From Octopus vulgaris (Eukaryota): 64,000 nucleotides of DNA. The notes under the pieces are model-generated. The model made no database searches and was not told where the DNA came from. It worked only from the letters and a program-made list of their open reading frames with translations. Below, one piece after another: positions 14,250-26,594 of this stretch; position 1 is the first letter of the stretch, and each line of letters begins with the position of its first letter. The translations under genes were made by a program, and so were the position numbers. Where the stretch lies: contig OX597830.1 of assembly GCA_951406725.2 (NCBI GenBank), positions 14,012,001 to 14,076,000 of the forward strand, read 5' to 3'.

Positions 14250-14469
14250 AGCAGAATCGTTAGCACGCCGGGCGAAATGCGTAGCCGTATTTCGTCTGTC
14301 GCTACGTTGTGAGTTCAAATTCCGCCGAGGTCGACTCTGCCTTTCATCCTTTCGGGGTCGATAAATTAAGTACCAATTATGCATTGGAGTCGATGTAATC
14401 GACTTAATACCTATGTCTGTCCTTGTTTGTCCCCTCTGTGTTTAGCCTCTTGTGGGTAATAAAGAAATA
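14250..14469 (+). mobile_element. SINE family B
   Basis: Family B core, with a 15-bp TSD GCTATTGTCAACACT at 14235-14249 and 14470-14484. Confidence 0.93.
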
Positions 14470-14772
14470 GCTATTGTCAACACTCTCTACACACAGGCTC
14501 CGGAATATATTTAGCGGTGATTTTGCAGCATCGGGGCTATTTCTGTACTTAAAGCTTCCACAGATTATTTGCATGCTGCACTTGTTTTGAACAACGTAGT
14601 TCAAAATAAGAACAGCATATTTCTACTAAGTTTGCTGTTGTTAAGTGCATTTTTTGTTCTTGTTAGTTCCGGATAAAATCCTTTTAGTTTGGAGGAAACT
14701 GTTTGATTTGGGCAAAACGTCTTAAACACTTGTTGGTGTATTAATCGTGGTTTAGTTACGATTAGCGATGAT

Positions 14773-15135
14773 ACTCTTTACTCTTTTACTCTTTTTACTT
14801 GTTTCAGTCATTTGACTGCGGCCATGCTGGAGCACCGCATTTAATCGAGCAACTCGACCCCGGGACTTATTCTTTTGTAAGCCCAGTACTTATTCTATCG
14901 GTCTCTTTTGCCGAACCGCTAAGTTACGGGGACGTAAACACACCAGCATCGGTTGTCAAGCAATGCTAGGGGGACAAACACAGACGCACAAACACACACA
15001 TATATACATATATATATATATACATATATACGACGGGCTTCTTTCAGTTTCCGTCTACCAAATCCACTCACAAGGCATTGGTCGGCCCGGGGCTATAGCA
15101 GAAGGCACTTGCCCAAAATGCCACGCAGTGGGATT
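14773..15135 (-). mobile_element. SINE family A, head partly lost
   Basis: Reverse complement of the family A body and tail. Confidence 0.9.
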
Positions 15136-15160
15136 GATACTTATTTTTGTTTTGTTTCAG

Positions 15161-15898
15161 ACGTATACGAATCTTTATTTTCGGATACATCTGTATTTGA
15201 TGAATACATACCTGTGGTCGCTGTAGAAGCATACCATGCCATGAGCCCAAGGGACTCAGTTCAATAAAATTTGCTAAGAGATAGTCGCTCCTCTTAGCTT
15301 TAGCTGATTACGGGGTTGGCACACGTCTTTTCCAGTTGACTCAGACCCAATGATGTAACAACGTTGTTTCGGAAAAGCGTGGAATTTGAAGTAAATGGCA
15401 TCTCCCTACACCCGAAAGAAAACTCGGCGGCTCTGGATAAACAGATGGCAGGAAAGGCGACGGTGCTGCTTCCAGACAAATGGTTTGTACACCTTAATAT
15501 GAGCTGGGCGTTTTAATTCCTTTATACGTCTATAGACATTCCTCGAAGCATGTCATTCATTATCATAAGTGGACTGTTCGAATGACATCTTGGACGCATA
15601 CAGGGAATACGTGGAAGCGGCCGATAGGAGTGAAAGGTATGTTCTGTAAGCATGTGCAGCAAGTTCCAGTTGTCTGACAGGCACCACCTGGATTTTCCCT
15701 AATGCACCAAAGCGGTAGACTTGTACAAACTGCAGCGACTCGTTCGCATTTATGATCCTCAGCAAGTCAGCCGTTAGGATGAGCTGAAGTTATCCACACT
15801 TCCATTTCCCAGTAATTTCATAGCTTGCCACACATAAGTCAACTGTGAAAAGATCAATAGCCAAGGACTGCCGAGCGTGGCTTCCAAAAGAGAATCAG
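15161..15898 (+). pseudogene. Decayed exon of a class C GPCR (Venus flytrap domain segments)
   Basis: Acceptor tttgtttcag|, donor cag|gtattt. Translation gives IPVV...YHAMSPRDSVQ*, then IIISGLF, then one frame (15581-15898) LDAYREYVE...L*AC...FPVIS*LAT...RAWLPKENQ. This follows the mGluR-type order GGLF / EAMxFA / DTC / PQISYxST / PxDxxQ. Many stops. Confidence 0.55.
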
Positions 15899-16420
15899 GT
15901 ATTTTCAAATTGAAAATGTTTTTTCCAACACGTTCAATTCACAAAAACGTGGATTTTAGTATAGCTTGTGAAATATTTCTGGTAGTATTATCAATTAATT
16001 TCTTTCAGACTTCTTTTAATTTCACATAGCTTTCGCGCAAAATACACAAAAATTACGTAAGCCACTACTGTATGATGTTGCTAGCCGTAACAAGGAACCC
16101 TAAAGAATGTAAAAATATGCATTAAAAAATTATATGAACGGTGAATTAAAGACAAGACATAAGTTGCGTTGTTAATTGAAGACTATAGAATGCATATAAA
16201 ACCAAAATAATTTTTGATGTGTCATGACCGTGACTTGATGGATCCAAGCTGATGGATCCAATCTGAATTTGAGTTTTCTTCATAATTTGACTCTATAATT
16301 CTTCATGTACACAAATAAATACATACCGTAATCTTTGAAGAGTGCTATGCACTTTCCCATCTACAGTCACCGCATATACATATACATACACATACATACA
16401 CACACACATACATACATACA

Positions 16421-16472
<52 letters not shown>

Positions 16473-16719
16473 TGTGTAAGTATATGTGTGTGAGTGTGTG
16501 CTAACATGGTTGCATATATATACATATATATATACATAAGCATAAATATACATGCAATATGTGTACGTATATATACACTTGCGTGTGCATATATACATGC
16601 ATATATATATATATTATATTATATAATATGATTTAACATTATAGATATATTTGTGTGTATGTGTGTGTGCATGTGTGTGTGTGCGTGTATGTATGTGTTT
16701 GTGTGTGTATATAGTGAGG

Positions 16720-16754
<35 letters not shown>

Positions 16755-16983
16755 GACAGCGCGACAGAAAGAGAGAAAGAGAGAGTACCTTTATTGTGCT
16801 TGAGCTTCATATTTTTCTCGGGCATAGTAATTAATACGCTAATATTTAGAAAACTAAAGCAACGCAATAAATAGAAAGCGAAAAGAGAAAGTAAACCAAT
16901 TAGAAAAATTATGTAAATTTAAAGTTTCTTGCCCTGTTTTTGTTTAAAGATTTTCGTTAAAATTTTTTTTTTTCTTCTTTCAG

Positions 16984-17141
16984 GAAAAAGGTTATATGAA
17001 ATAAGCAAAAACCACTTGGGAAATCAGGATCAGAATTGATAAGCGTATCAGTTATGATGAAGAGTGAATGAGTGATAATCGGGAACCGCATCACCGACGA
17101 AGCGTTGAAGGGCCGTGCAGCTGATGAGAAGAAAGATAAAG
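16984..17141 (+). pseudogene. Decayed class C GPCR exon (VFT)
   Basis: Strong polypyrimidine acceptor, donor aag|gtgaga. Reads EKGYMK*AKTTWEIRIRIDKRISYDEE / EALKGRAADEKKDK with one frameshift. The phase-1 end joins the next exon as V-CIK (compare mGluR EAFKxxAxxxGICI). Confidence 0.5.
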
Positions 17142-17281
17142 GTGAGATGGAATTTGGCAAGATTTTTCTGATTGATTACTCAAAAAAAAAAAAAAAAAAA
17201 AGAAAGAAACGAAAGAAAGAAAAATACAGATATGAAACATTGAACAATCTGAGTGAAGCCTCACTAGTCGGGAAAAGCAGC

Positions 17282-17318
<37 letters not shown>

Positions 17319-17363
17319 CATGTGTGTGTGTGTGCATGTGTGTGTGTGTGTGTATACATATGT

Positions 17364-17400
<37 letters not shown>

Positions 17401-17470
17401 CACTAGTATACACAACCATGCATACACACACACATGCACGCATACACACACATATACATCTCTCTCTCTC

Positions 17471-17506
<36 letters not shown>

Positions 17507-18022
17507 CTATGCACAAATCAGAACTCAGCTTACTTGATTTTGAAGGCCTCTTGATCTTATAAATTTAATACATCATAGATAACATTCCATGCCGACATAT
17601 GCATACATAATCACATGTATAAACGTATCATAAACATATACATAAATTCTAAAATGCAAAAGACAGACTTTAACGAGCAGACAAACTCAGACATAGAGAG
17701 GTGCATATTATACGCATATCTCTTTGAGGTAATAGCAGTAGAAATGAAGATTATACACGAGTATAGTCTGATGCCAGTATTCATACGGAGAGATAACTAT
17801 GTATAGTTAGTCACGCCAACAAAAGCACAGATGTAACCAAGTATACGCATATATGGCGCGACAAATATACTTTTGTGCTAATATGCAAAAACTGGGATTA
17901 CGTAACATATACATATATCTACATGTGAATACGCACATATGTACATGTATGCCTATATGCGTATATGTATATATGTTTCTTTGTACGTATATATATATAT
18001 ATATATATATGTTTCTTTGTAC

Positions 18023-18071
<49 letters not shown>

Positions 18072-18539
18072 AATATATATAGGCATGTATACATGCATAT
18101 TGCTCATAAGAATTGATGAAAATGAGACAGTAAAACGCCGTCAGCCTATCTGACTTAAGATCTCCCCGATAAAAGATTTATAAAAAGAGAAGGTTCAGAT
18201 GTATTCACTATATCCATAGTAATAAGAGAATGAAAAGCAGGTTTTTAAACTCTTTTCTTAATATGAAATACATTTTTTTTGGTAAAGATAATAACCTAGT
18301 GATATTGAAATATTTCATATTTCAACTTTACAAACAGTAGGGCTAAGAACGTATGTACGTATGTACAGTAGGGCTAAGAACGTATGGATGCATATATGTA
18401 TGCACGTATGTATGCAAATATGTGTGTTTGTATGTGTTTGCGTGCTTTATGTGTGTCTCTTTATATGCATTTCTACATATAAATGTTTGTATGCGTATTT
18501 ATACGTTATGTATGTAAGTATGTATGATTTACTTTGCAG

Positions 18540-19187
18540 TTTGTATCAAATATGGTCATCGGATTTCCGATAAAATATTGCGAAACTGAGAATCACTTCA
18601 TTTACAATTGTTTAATCATTTTAATAATCCTTATATTTTTATAGTATGGAAAACGTGGTCGTCTGAAACTATCTACTCAGAGACATTGTTACATCGTATC
18701 GTTACGAAATTATTTTGGCAAAATTGTAAATAGATCAAGACAGACATTTGGTAAACGCATCAGTTTAAAAAATAAATGCATTCAAATACTTTCCGAACTA
18801 TTTTATCTTCTCGCACAAATTCATCTTCCAAAGAAAATTATATTTACACAAGGAGTACGACTGTTCCACTCCCAGTATCACGTAAAATAATAACTTATTG
18901 GGGATAATTACTTTCCATATCATCCATATTCATGGAAAGAACAATATAACACATATAAGATGTATTCTCTGAGAAAAACGTTACATAGCAGCTCATTTGG
19001 AGCTGCTAACAGTTTGAGGAATATATATGATGGTCAACAGAAACAGAAATGTTATCTAAATTACATAAGATGGTGCTTTCAAGATTGAGTTCAAGTAATA
19101 CTTTCTTAGGATCCAGTCAATGAAATTTCTAAGCGGGGCTATGATCTCTGGATGTCTTTAGGGAAAGAAGAATCACAGTTAGAACTG
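18540..19187 (+). pseudogene. Decayed class C GPCR exon (VFT C-terminal part)
   Basis: Acceptor tttgcag|, donor ctg|gttagt. Starts (V)CIKYGHRIS, contains LHSSSFGAANSLRNI and ends DPVNEISKRGYDLWMSL...LEL (compare FDxxGDxxxRYDI). Confidence 0.45.
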
Positions 19188-19306
19188 GTTAGTTATAGCC
19201 ATGTTTGAGGTAAAGTAAGGAATTCTATTGATGACTTTCTTTCTTACAGAGGGTAAGGATTTTCGAAACATTCGAAAGTATATTACCATTATCATCGTTA
19301 TTTCCA

Positions 19307-19753
19307 AGGCAATGACTTGGTAGAAGATTAAGCATGCCGGATAAAGTGTTTTGCGGCATTTCTTCCGGCATTACCCTTTGAGTTCAAATTCCGCCGTAAT
19401 CGACTTTGCCTTTCATCCTCTCGGTGTCGATGAAATAAATACCACTCAAGCACTAGGGTCTCTGTATTCGGTTATCACCGTCCCACAAAATTTAAGGCCT
19501 TGTGCCTGCAGTAGAAATGATTAAGGTTGTGACAAGGCAAAATCCTTAGGACTCCGGACGAAATATTTAGCAGCGTATCTTCTTGCTTTATGCTCTAAGT
19601 TCAAATTCCAGCATTGGGGTCGATGTAATCGCCGAGATCGACTTGGCCTCGCATCCTGTCGGGGTCGATAAAATAAGTACCTGTTTATCACCGGCAGTGA
19701 TTTAAATGCTTTTCCTCCCTCGAAATTTCAGGCCTTGTGCCAAACTTTGAAAC

Positions 19754-19755
<2 letters not shown>
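19307..19755 (+). mobile_element. Two adjacent diverged SINE B copies (GGCCTTGTGCC-tail variant)
   Basis: GAGTTCAAATTCC...GACTTTGCCTTTCATCC core occurs twice; ends in (ATT)n. Confidence 0.75.
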
Positions 19756-19823
<68 letters not shown>

Positions 19824-19865
19824 GTTGTTGTTGTTGTTGTTGTTGTTGTTATTATTATTAATATT

Positions 19866-20010
19866 ACTGAGTGAGACAGCAGTGCATGCCATCAAAGTGA
19901 CGATGGGGTAAAATATACGAAGTCAAGTATACCCATCATGACTACCCGTCTGATAAGGGTACACTAGGCACATGCATCACAACCAAATGTGCGCGACATT
20001 TGTGCATGCA
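19866..20010 (-). mobile_element. 3' fragment of the (AAT)n-associated non-coding repeat E
   Basis: Reverse complement of ~47075-47215; abuts (ATT)n at 19756-19860. Confidence 0.8.
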
Positions 20011-20177
20011 TTTGTGCTCACGCATGTATCTTTAGTGGAGGCTTGGTTAGAGGGAGAAAAAAGAAAAAGAATATAAAGCAGGAAGAAGAAAGATACATTC
20101 AATACAGTATGACAAGACGTATCTGTCCAATTATATTTGATACGAAAATAAGTCGATTCCGACATAATAAACTAAAT

Positions 20178-20990
20178 AAACAATTGCAGCGTGGAAGATG
20201 TTTGTAAGCCATTTAAGAAACACACAAAAGTCGTTCGATTCATTTCAACATTTAAGTTTAATTTGTCAAAATAATTTGCAGCACGGATTTTTGTCAGTGA
20301 ACAGGTCGCGGATTTTAGCGACGAAAATATTTTGACAAATTAAACTTAAATATTAAAGTGAATCGAACGGCTTTTGTGTGTTTCTTAAATGGCTTACAAA
20401 CACCTTCCACGCTGCAATTGTTTTCGTTCCAGCACACGATCTCAGATCAAATCACTAAATAAAACAAAACAGAAGTACCTACTACAAAGTGATGAAACTG
20501 GACATTACATAACAGGGGACACCTAAGAAAAAGAACCTGAAGAAAAGACTAATCCATATATAATTACACATAATCCAAGAGTGAATAACATATCTCACAC
20601 TATAAAAACAAATCTACAAAACCCCCAAATCAAAAATCTGGTTGATGAGAACCTTATATGAAACAGTGTCAGCCAAAAAATCTTAAAAGACATCTCTCGA
20701 GGGCAAAAATCATATCTCCATGAAGGACTGTGGACATAACATGTGGAACATGTAATACCATCTCCAAATATTTGGAAAGTGATTCCCATATAAAATTTAA
20801 TAATGGATTCTCCTTCAAAGTAGGTGTGGGTTTGAACTGCAAGACACAGAATCTCATATACTGCATAACCTGCCCGAATTGTGAGGAAAATTATATTGGT
20901 GAAACCAACAATTTCTTTTGCATTGCAAGAATCCACAAATACGCGAAATATGAAATGAAATGGAACAAAAGTTGAGGAAATTGAAAAGTG
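20178..20990 (+). mobile_element. Penelope-like element relic: inverted pseudo-LTR plus linker/GIY-YIG endonuclease fragment
   Basis: 96-bp inverted arms at 20178-20273 and 20328-20423. Downstream translation gives PYIITHNPR, QPKNLKRHLSRAK and NCKTQNLIYCITCPNCEENYIGET (PLE-type GIY-YIG; ORF 20730-20975). Confidence 0.85.
20290..20339 (+). ncRNA. Type I hammerhead-like fold with G3/C8 swapped core
   Basis: TTTGTCA GTGAACA G GTCGC GGATTTTA GCGAC GAAA ATAT TT TGACAAA: 7-bp stem I, 5-bp stem II, GAAA, palindromic ATAT loop, UU site. Confidence 0.7.
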
Positions 20991-21030
20991 GCAGCCAAAC
21001 AGATAGACATAGATATAAATATATAGACCC

Positions 21031-21630
21031 AGGCGTGGCTGTGTGACAAAACGTTTGCTTCCCAATACAGGGTCCGGGCTCAGTCCCACTACGTGCCACC
21101 TTGGAGCTGTGTCTTCTACTATAGTCTAGGGTTGACCAAGGTATTTTGAGCGGATTTGGTAGGCGGAAACTGAAAGAAGCTCTTTGTATATGTATGTATC
21201 TATGCGTGTTTGTCTTTGTTTGTGTCTGCGTTCGTTCCCCCTTATTCCCTGTAACATAGCGGTTCGGCTGAGAGACAGCTGGAGTAAGCACTAAGCTTAA
21301 AAATAAGTACTGGGGCGAGCTGGCAGAAACGTTAGCACGCCGGGCGAAATGCGTAGCCGTATTTCATCTGCCGTTACGTTCTGGGTTCAAATTCCGCCGA
21401 GGTCGACTTTGCCTTTCATCCCTTCGGGGTCGATAAATTAAGTACCAGTTACGCACTGGGATCAGTGAAATCGACTTAATCCGTTTGTCTGTCCTTGTTT
21501 GTCCCCTCTGCGTTTAGACTCTTGTGGGTAGTAAAAAAATAAATAAGTAATGGGGTCGATTCGTTCGACTAAAATTCTTCAAGGCGCTGCCCCAAAAGGG
21601 CAGAAGTCTGATAACTGAAACAAGTAAAAA
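21031..21630 (+). mobile_element. SINE A containing a nested SINE B (~21313-21540)
   Basis: The nested copy is flanked by AAATAAGTA(C/A)TGGGG at 21301-21315 and 21541-21555. Confidence 0.9.
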
Positions 21631-21973
21631 TTAAAAGGAAGATATGTGTGAATGGATGGGTGGATGGATGTGTTTGTATATGTATGTGGGTATGTGACAG
21701 CGGTGTCCCAGTGTGGCAGCAACTCTTGAGCTCAAACTAGGTTGTCCCTTTATCCTGCGTTCTTCGTAGCGGCAAGACGAAAATTCTTTATGTTCACTGC
21801 CCGCACGCATCTTTGCCTGCATACATTCAGTGCATCGTACAGTTATCGACTGTTATTTCCAGCAAACATTTGTGCCTTGTTCTGCCACTATTTCCTATTT
21901 ATAATTCTACCTTTACGTTGTTTTATTTCACTGGAAAATAATACTATTGTGCTACAATAATATTTATAATTTA

Positions 21974-22369
21974 CTAGCAGTATCGCCCGGCGTTGCTCGG
22001 GTTTGTAAGGGAAATAACTATATAAGCATTTTTAGAGATGTAAAGTATAATAGCCATCTCAATATGGCTAACCACAAAAGGGGATATTACTGTAGCTTTT
22101 TACGTTCTGAGATTTAATAATACATTTTTAGAGAGTTACTTCCCTTATATAATTGCAAAAAAAATGCATTAAAAATGGGAAAAAATTATGGTAAATTTTT
22201 TTTTAAATCGTAGACTCATCGTAGACGCGCGCTAATGCCCAGAAGGGCTCGATATGAATCACGACTATAAGATACCCGCTTTTGGTTAAACTGCACCGCA
22301 AAATGTGGGAGTAGTTAGGAATCTAAATCGTAGGAGACAGACACACAACTTCACTTTTATATATAAAGA
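21974..22369 (-). mobile_element. Non-autonomous Helitron (396 bp)
   Basis: Minus strand starts TCTTTATATATAAAAG, has the subterminal hairpin CCCGAGCAACGCCGGG and ends CTAG. Inserted between A and T with no TSD. Confidence 0.92.
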
Positions 22370-22819
22370 TATGTAAAACTTTTTCACTGATCTCGGTTCT
22401 CTATATGGCTAGGTGTTCAGCCGGCATTGATGTAGCGGATATTTTAAATTTCGTCTTCGGTAAACCTAACTGAAGAAGACTAACCAGATTTACAATAACA
22501 AACGTATTCTGGAAAGTCAGAAACCCGAGTTCTAGGTTATCCATTCGAGGTTGTCCTTTTATACTGCGCTCTTCCTAGAGGTAAGACGAACATTTTTATG
22601 TTCGCCTAGTACTTATTCTATCGGTCGCTTTTACCGAACCGCTAATTTACGGGGACGCTAACACACTACCATCGGTTGTCAAGCGATGGTAAGAGGACAA
22701 ACACAAACACACACACACACACACACTCACACACACACATACACACACTCACACACACATACACACGTACACACACAAACACACACGCACATATATATAT
22801 ATATATATTTGGAACATTT

Positions 22820-22864
<45 letters not shown>

Positions 22865-23493
22865 GAACATTTGGAACATTTGGAACATATATATATATAT
22901 ATATATATATCTGAAAAAAGGAGTACAGATGGCTTTTGGGGGTATAATTTTTACCTTAATGATAATGTTTACAATTATTCTCTTTGTTTAGCCACTTGTG
23001 GGTAGTAAAGAAACAGGCATTTCGTCTGCCGCTACGTCTGAGTTCAAATTGCAAAATACCTTGCTAATCAAGTATTGAGATCGATTAAATCGATTAACCC
23101 CATCCATACAAAACTGTTCGTCTTGAATTTAAATCAGAAACAATATTTTTAAACCTGACTTGTCTTCTTCCTTCTTTGTCTTACTTCTGCATAACGCTAT
23201 CTTAAGGTGAAGTATTCAAGTACCTTCGTTAGTGCTTGTGTCATATCCTCTTCTATGACATTACTGAATACTCTGCATTATATTAACCCGTCCATCTTCT
23301 ACTCACAAAAACATTTAATCTTTTTTATTTTCGCTCTGATGATTTCGAAACTGAAAGCTACATGACTAGTTATGTAAGTAGCGCAGTTTGAATAATTTCT
23401 CCTACCGTATGACACTGAGTACTTTAAGTTTAATCATAGCTCCGCCACCCAAGTTTTAAAACTAGCATAGATCAATATATGTCTACCTATCTG

Positions 23494-23576
<83 letters not shown>

Positions 23577-23625
23577 GTGTGTCTGTCTCTTTGACTGTCT
23601 GTCTGTCTGTCAGTCTGTCCGTCCC

Positions 23626-23656
<31 letters not shown>

Positions 23657-24634
23657 TTCTATATATGTGTGTGTGTGTATGTGATGGAATAGTAAGGGGG
23701 TTCTTGATACAGTATAATATATTTGAGGTGGGGGATAGCTTTTGGGGGATGATTTATATTTTACCACAAGTCACAACTTTGCAACAATGGCTATCCTAAA
23801 TTTAATTGAAATTCTGTGGTTTAGAAGGTCGTTTGTGTGGCGAAGGATTTTCTTACAGGTGTGCAAACGAAGGATAAAAATGGAAAAATAAGGGGTGGGG
23901 GGAGATTGTGAGAACTTATATAAAAAATAATATAAGAAATGGTAGAGGAGTACAAGGAATGGGTGCAGCAGCACGTGTAAGAGGGTGAAAAAGAAGGAAG
24001 AGGGGAGGAAGAAAAGGATAAAGGGGTGAAAAGAGGACGAAAAAAGTGGAAGGTGAGAAGACAAAAGGTGGTATTGAGATTGGTCTATTAGGAATAAAGA
24101 AATGGAATATTTTTGAGAGTGGCCAAAATGACGTTGAGTTATTGTCAGAGGGTGACCTTTGTGAATCTTTCGATTTCGGCCCATTTTGTTCATTTTTCAT
24201 AGTTGGCATGGTGTGCCCTTATTCAGCCACTTATGCGCAAACACACACGCATTCATACATCCACACACATACCTGCGCACACACACACACACACACACAC
24301 AAAAAAACACCCACACACACATACACACCTGCATCTACGTACACACATATATACACATACATTAGCACATGCAACCATACACACACACACACACACACAT
24401 TCACATACATACACATATCTCAATGTGTATACGTATACAAGTTTCCATACGCTTATATTGACACATGTATGAGTACACACGCATATATGCAGTCATATAG
24501 ATACAAGCACACACACGCATATATATGCATGTATATATACACATACATATGCATGTGCACACACGTGCATACATATGTGTGTGTTTGTGCACGCGTGGGA
24601 GAGTGTACATCCGTACAAACTTGTATACCTATTT

Positions 24635-24729
24635 ATTATATCGGTCTCTTTTGCCGAACTGCTAAGTTACGGAGATGTAAACACACCAGCATCGGTTGTC
24701 AAGCGATATTGAGACGACAAACACAGACA

Positions 24730-24789
<60 letters not shown>

Positions 24790-24960
24790 TATATACGATG
24801 GGCTTCTTTCAGTTTCCGTCTACCAAATCCACTCACAAGGCTTTGGTTGGCCCGAGGCTATAATATAAGACACTTGGCCAAGGTGCAATGCAGTGGGACT
24901 GAACCCGGAACCATGTGATTCGTAAGCAAGCTACTTGCCACACAGCCACTCCTACGCCTA
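24635..24960 (-). mobile_element. SINE family A (3' end missing)
   Basis: Reverse complement of the family A head and body. Confidence 0.9.
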
Positions 24961-25340
24961 ATGTATCATTCTTTTTTTTATTAATTGTTGTCTTCATCTG
25001 GCCCTAAACCTTTATTGTTTATTATTTTGTCCCTCGTCCTTCCACTGGCGGTCACGTTTTCGCTATGCTTTAGTGCCATTCCCGGTAAGTTTCTTGCCGG
25101 TGCTCCAAAGTGGAAGTAATCTTATTGATAATTTCTGAAATTGCGTTCGACCTCTCTAGCTGATAACTGATGAGGAATTGGCGACTTTCTGTGCTTTCTA
25201 TTCACCTGTGTATTTAGTATATGTTCGTTTGTTAATATATTACACGTATTAAAAAAAATTTCCGTTTGTTGTCTTTTTATTTAATCCTGAAAATATTATT
25301 TATGTAACGCACGCACTCCTTAATATTTTACCCATATACA

Positions 25341-25374
<34 letters not shown>

Positions 25375-25422
25375 GTACTTGTTTCAGTCATTTGACTGCG
25401 GCCATGCTGGAGCACCGCCTTT

Positions 25423-25592
25423 AGAGTGGTGAAAGAGTACAGCAGGGATCACCACCTCCTGCCGGAGCCTCGTGGAGCTTTTAGGTGTTTTTTTCGCTCA
25501 ATAAACACACACAACGCCCGGTCTGGGAATCGAAACCGCGATCCTCCGACCGCAAGTCCGCTGCCCTAACCACTAGGCCATTGCGCCTCCAA
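25423..25592 (-). mobile_element. SINE family C 5' part (tRNA-like head), fused to a short family A tail fragment (~25375-25422)
   Basis: Reverse complement GGAGGCGCAATGGCCTAGTGGTTAGGGCAGCGGAC...GTTTCGATTCCCAGACC; same head as the copies at 50997 and 55586. Confidence 0.85.
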
Positions 25593-25609
25593 TATATATA
25601 TATATATAT

Positions 25610-26190
25610 AATTATAAATTAGGGTGTCTACGGGATACCACTATGCTGAAAATAGCAGCCATGATCTGACTCTAAAATCACCTTAATTGTCCATATATCA
25701 ATATGTCTTTTCACTCCGTGTTGATATATGGACAATTAAGGTGATTTTAGAGTCAGATCATGGCTGCTATTTTCAGCATAGTGGTATCCCGTAGATACCC
25801 TAATTTATAATTTTAATAATTATTACCTTTGAAGGTTATTTTTTCCATGCTGACCACTTGATAAAATCGTTATTTTATTTTTAAATTAACGATCTTATCC
25901 TTATTTATATAAATTCATATATATATTTATATATATATATGAAAATTATGTATTAATGGAAAACCTCTATTGATGGCTGATGAGTGCTCAACATTTTAAA
26001 ACTGTTGTAATACTTACAACATTTAATAAAATGACGTAGCGTGAAACGATCGTACCAAATTTCCGAAGTTATTCTTGTTGCTTATTTTGATTATAACCAT
26101 CCATGGATTTATATGGATAACACCATACAAAATTCTGGTGCTTCTAACTTAAGTACCATATTCATTTGAATCTAAATTTTGCTGAAATTA
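25610..26190 (+). mobile_element. (TA)n-flanked fold-back element with a hammerhead motif (PLE pseudo-LTR-like)
   Basis: 92-bp inverted arms at 25610-25701 and 25721-25812 (1 mismatch). Hammerhead motif at 25974-26057. Confidence 0.7.
25974..26057 (+). ncRNA. Type I hammerhead ribozyme motif with extended stem II
   Basis: TGG CTGATGA GTGCT ... AGCGT GAAA C GATC G TA CCA. Stem II has G-U pairs and inner helices CATTTT/AAAATG and TGTTGTAA/TTACAACA. Confidence 0.7.
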
Positions 26191-26207
26191 TATATGTATA
26201 TATATAT

Positions 26208-26542
26208 GTGGTGGTGACCCCCTTCAGTCAGACACTGACCATGGGTTTGCACCTAGAAAGTTACCCTCTAAGGCACAAGTCTGGGCAAGGTTGTTTTATG
26301 GAAGACCAGCAGTCGCCCATGCATACCGGCCTCCCCTCTCCACGTCATCGATGTTGTCCAAGGGAAAGGCAAGAGCCGATACAGCTGTGACGTCGCAACT
26401 CATTTCTACAGCTGAGTGAACTGGAGCAACGTGAAATAAAGTGTCTTGCTCAAGAACACAACACGCAGCCCGGTCCGGGATTCGAGCTCACAACCTCACG
26501 ATCGTAACCTCGACGCTCTAACTACTGAGCCACGCGCCTTCA
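26208..26542 (-). mobile_element. SINE family D (tRNA-like head, GTGTTCTTGAGCAAGACACTT CORE-like motif)
   Basis: Reverse complement GGCGCGTGGCTCAGTAGTTAGAGCG...GAGCTCGAATCCC (A/B boxes); sits between TA repeats. Confidence 0.8.
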
Positions 26543-26544
26543 TA

Positions 26545-26589
<45 letters not shown>

Positions 26590-26594
<5 letters not shown>

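Larger units (their letters stand above)
13090..14510. repeat. Pair of ~105-bp inverted repeats (13090-13197 and 14169-14510; the right one is split by a SINE)
   Basis: GAGTGTTGACAATAGCATAAAATTATAACACTCAAGTC... against its reverse complement. Also visible as the twin ORFs MLTLYRGSAF and MLTLYCGSAF. Confidence 0.85.

Noticed and set aside
17121-17137. CTGATGA...GAAA hammerhead-like words
   Set aside because: No stem II or stem I can form; lies within a putative exon.
25163-25305. CTGATGAGGAATT...AATCCTGAAAATATTA with ~110-nt insert
   Set aside because: May be a decayed long-stem-II hammerhead, but the stem I register is off; too weak to call.
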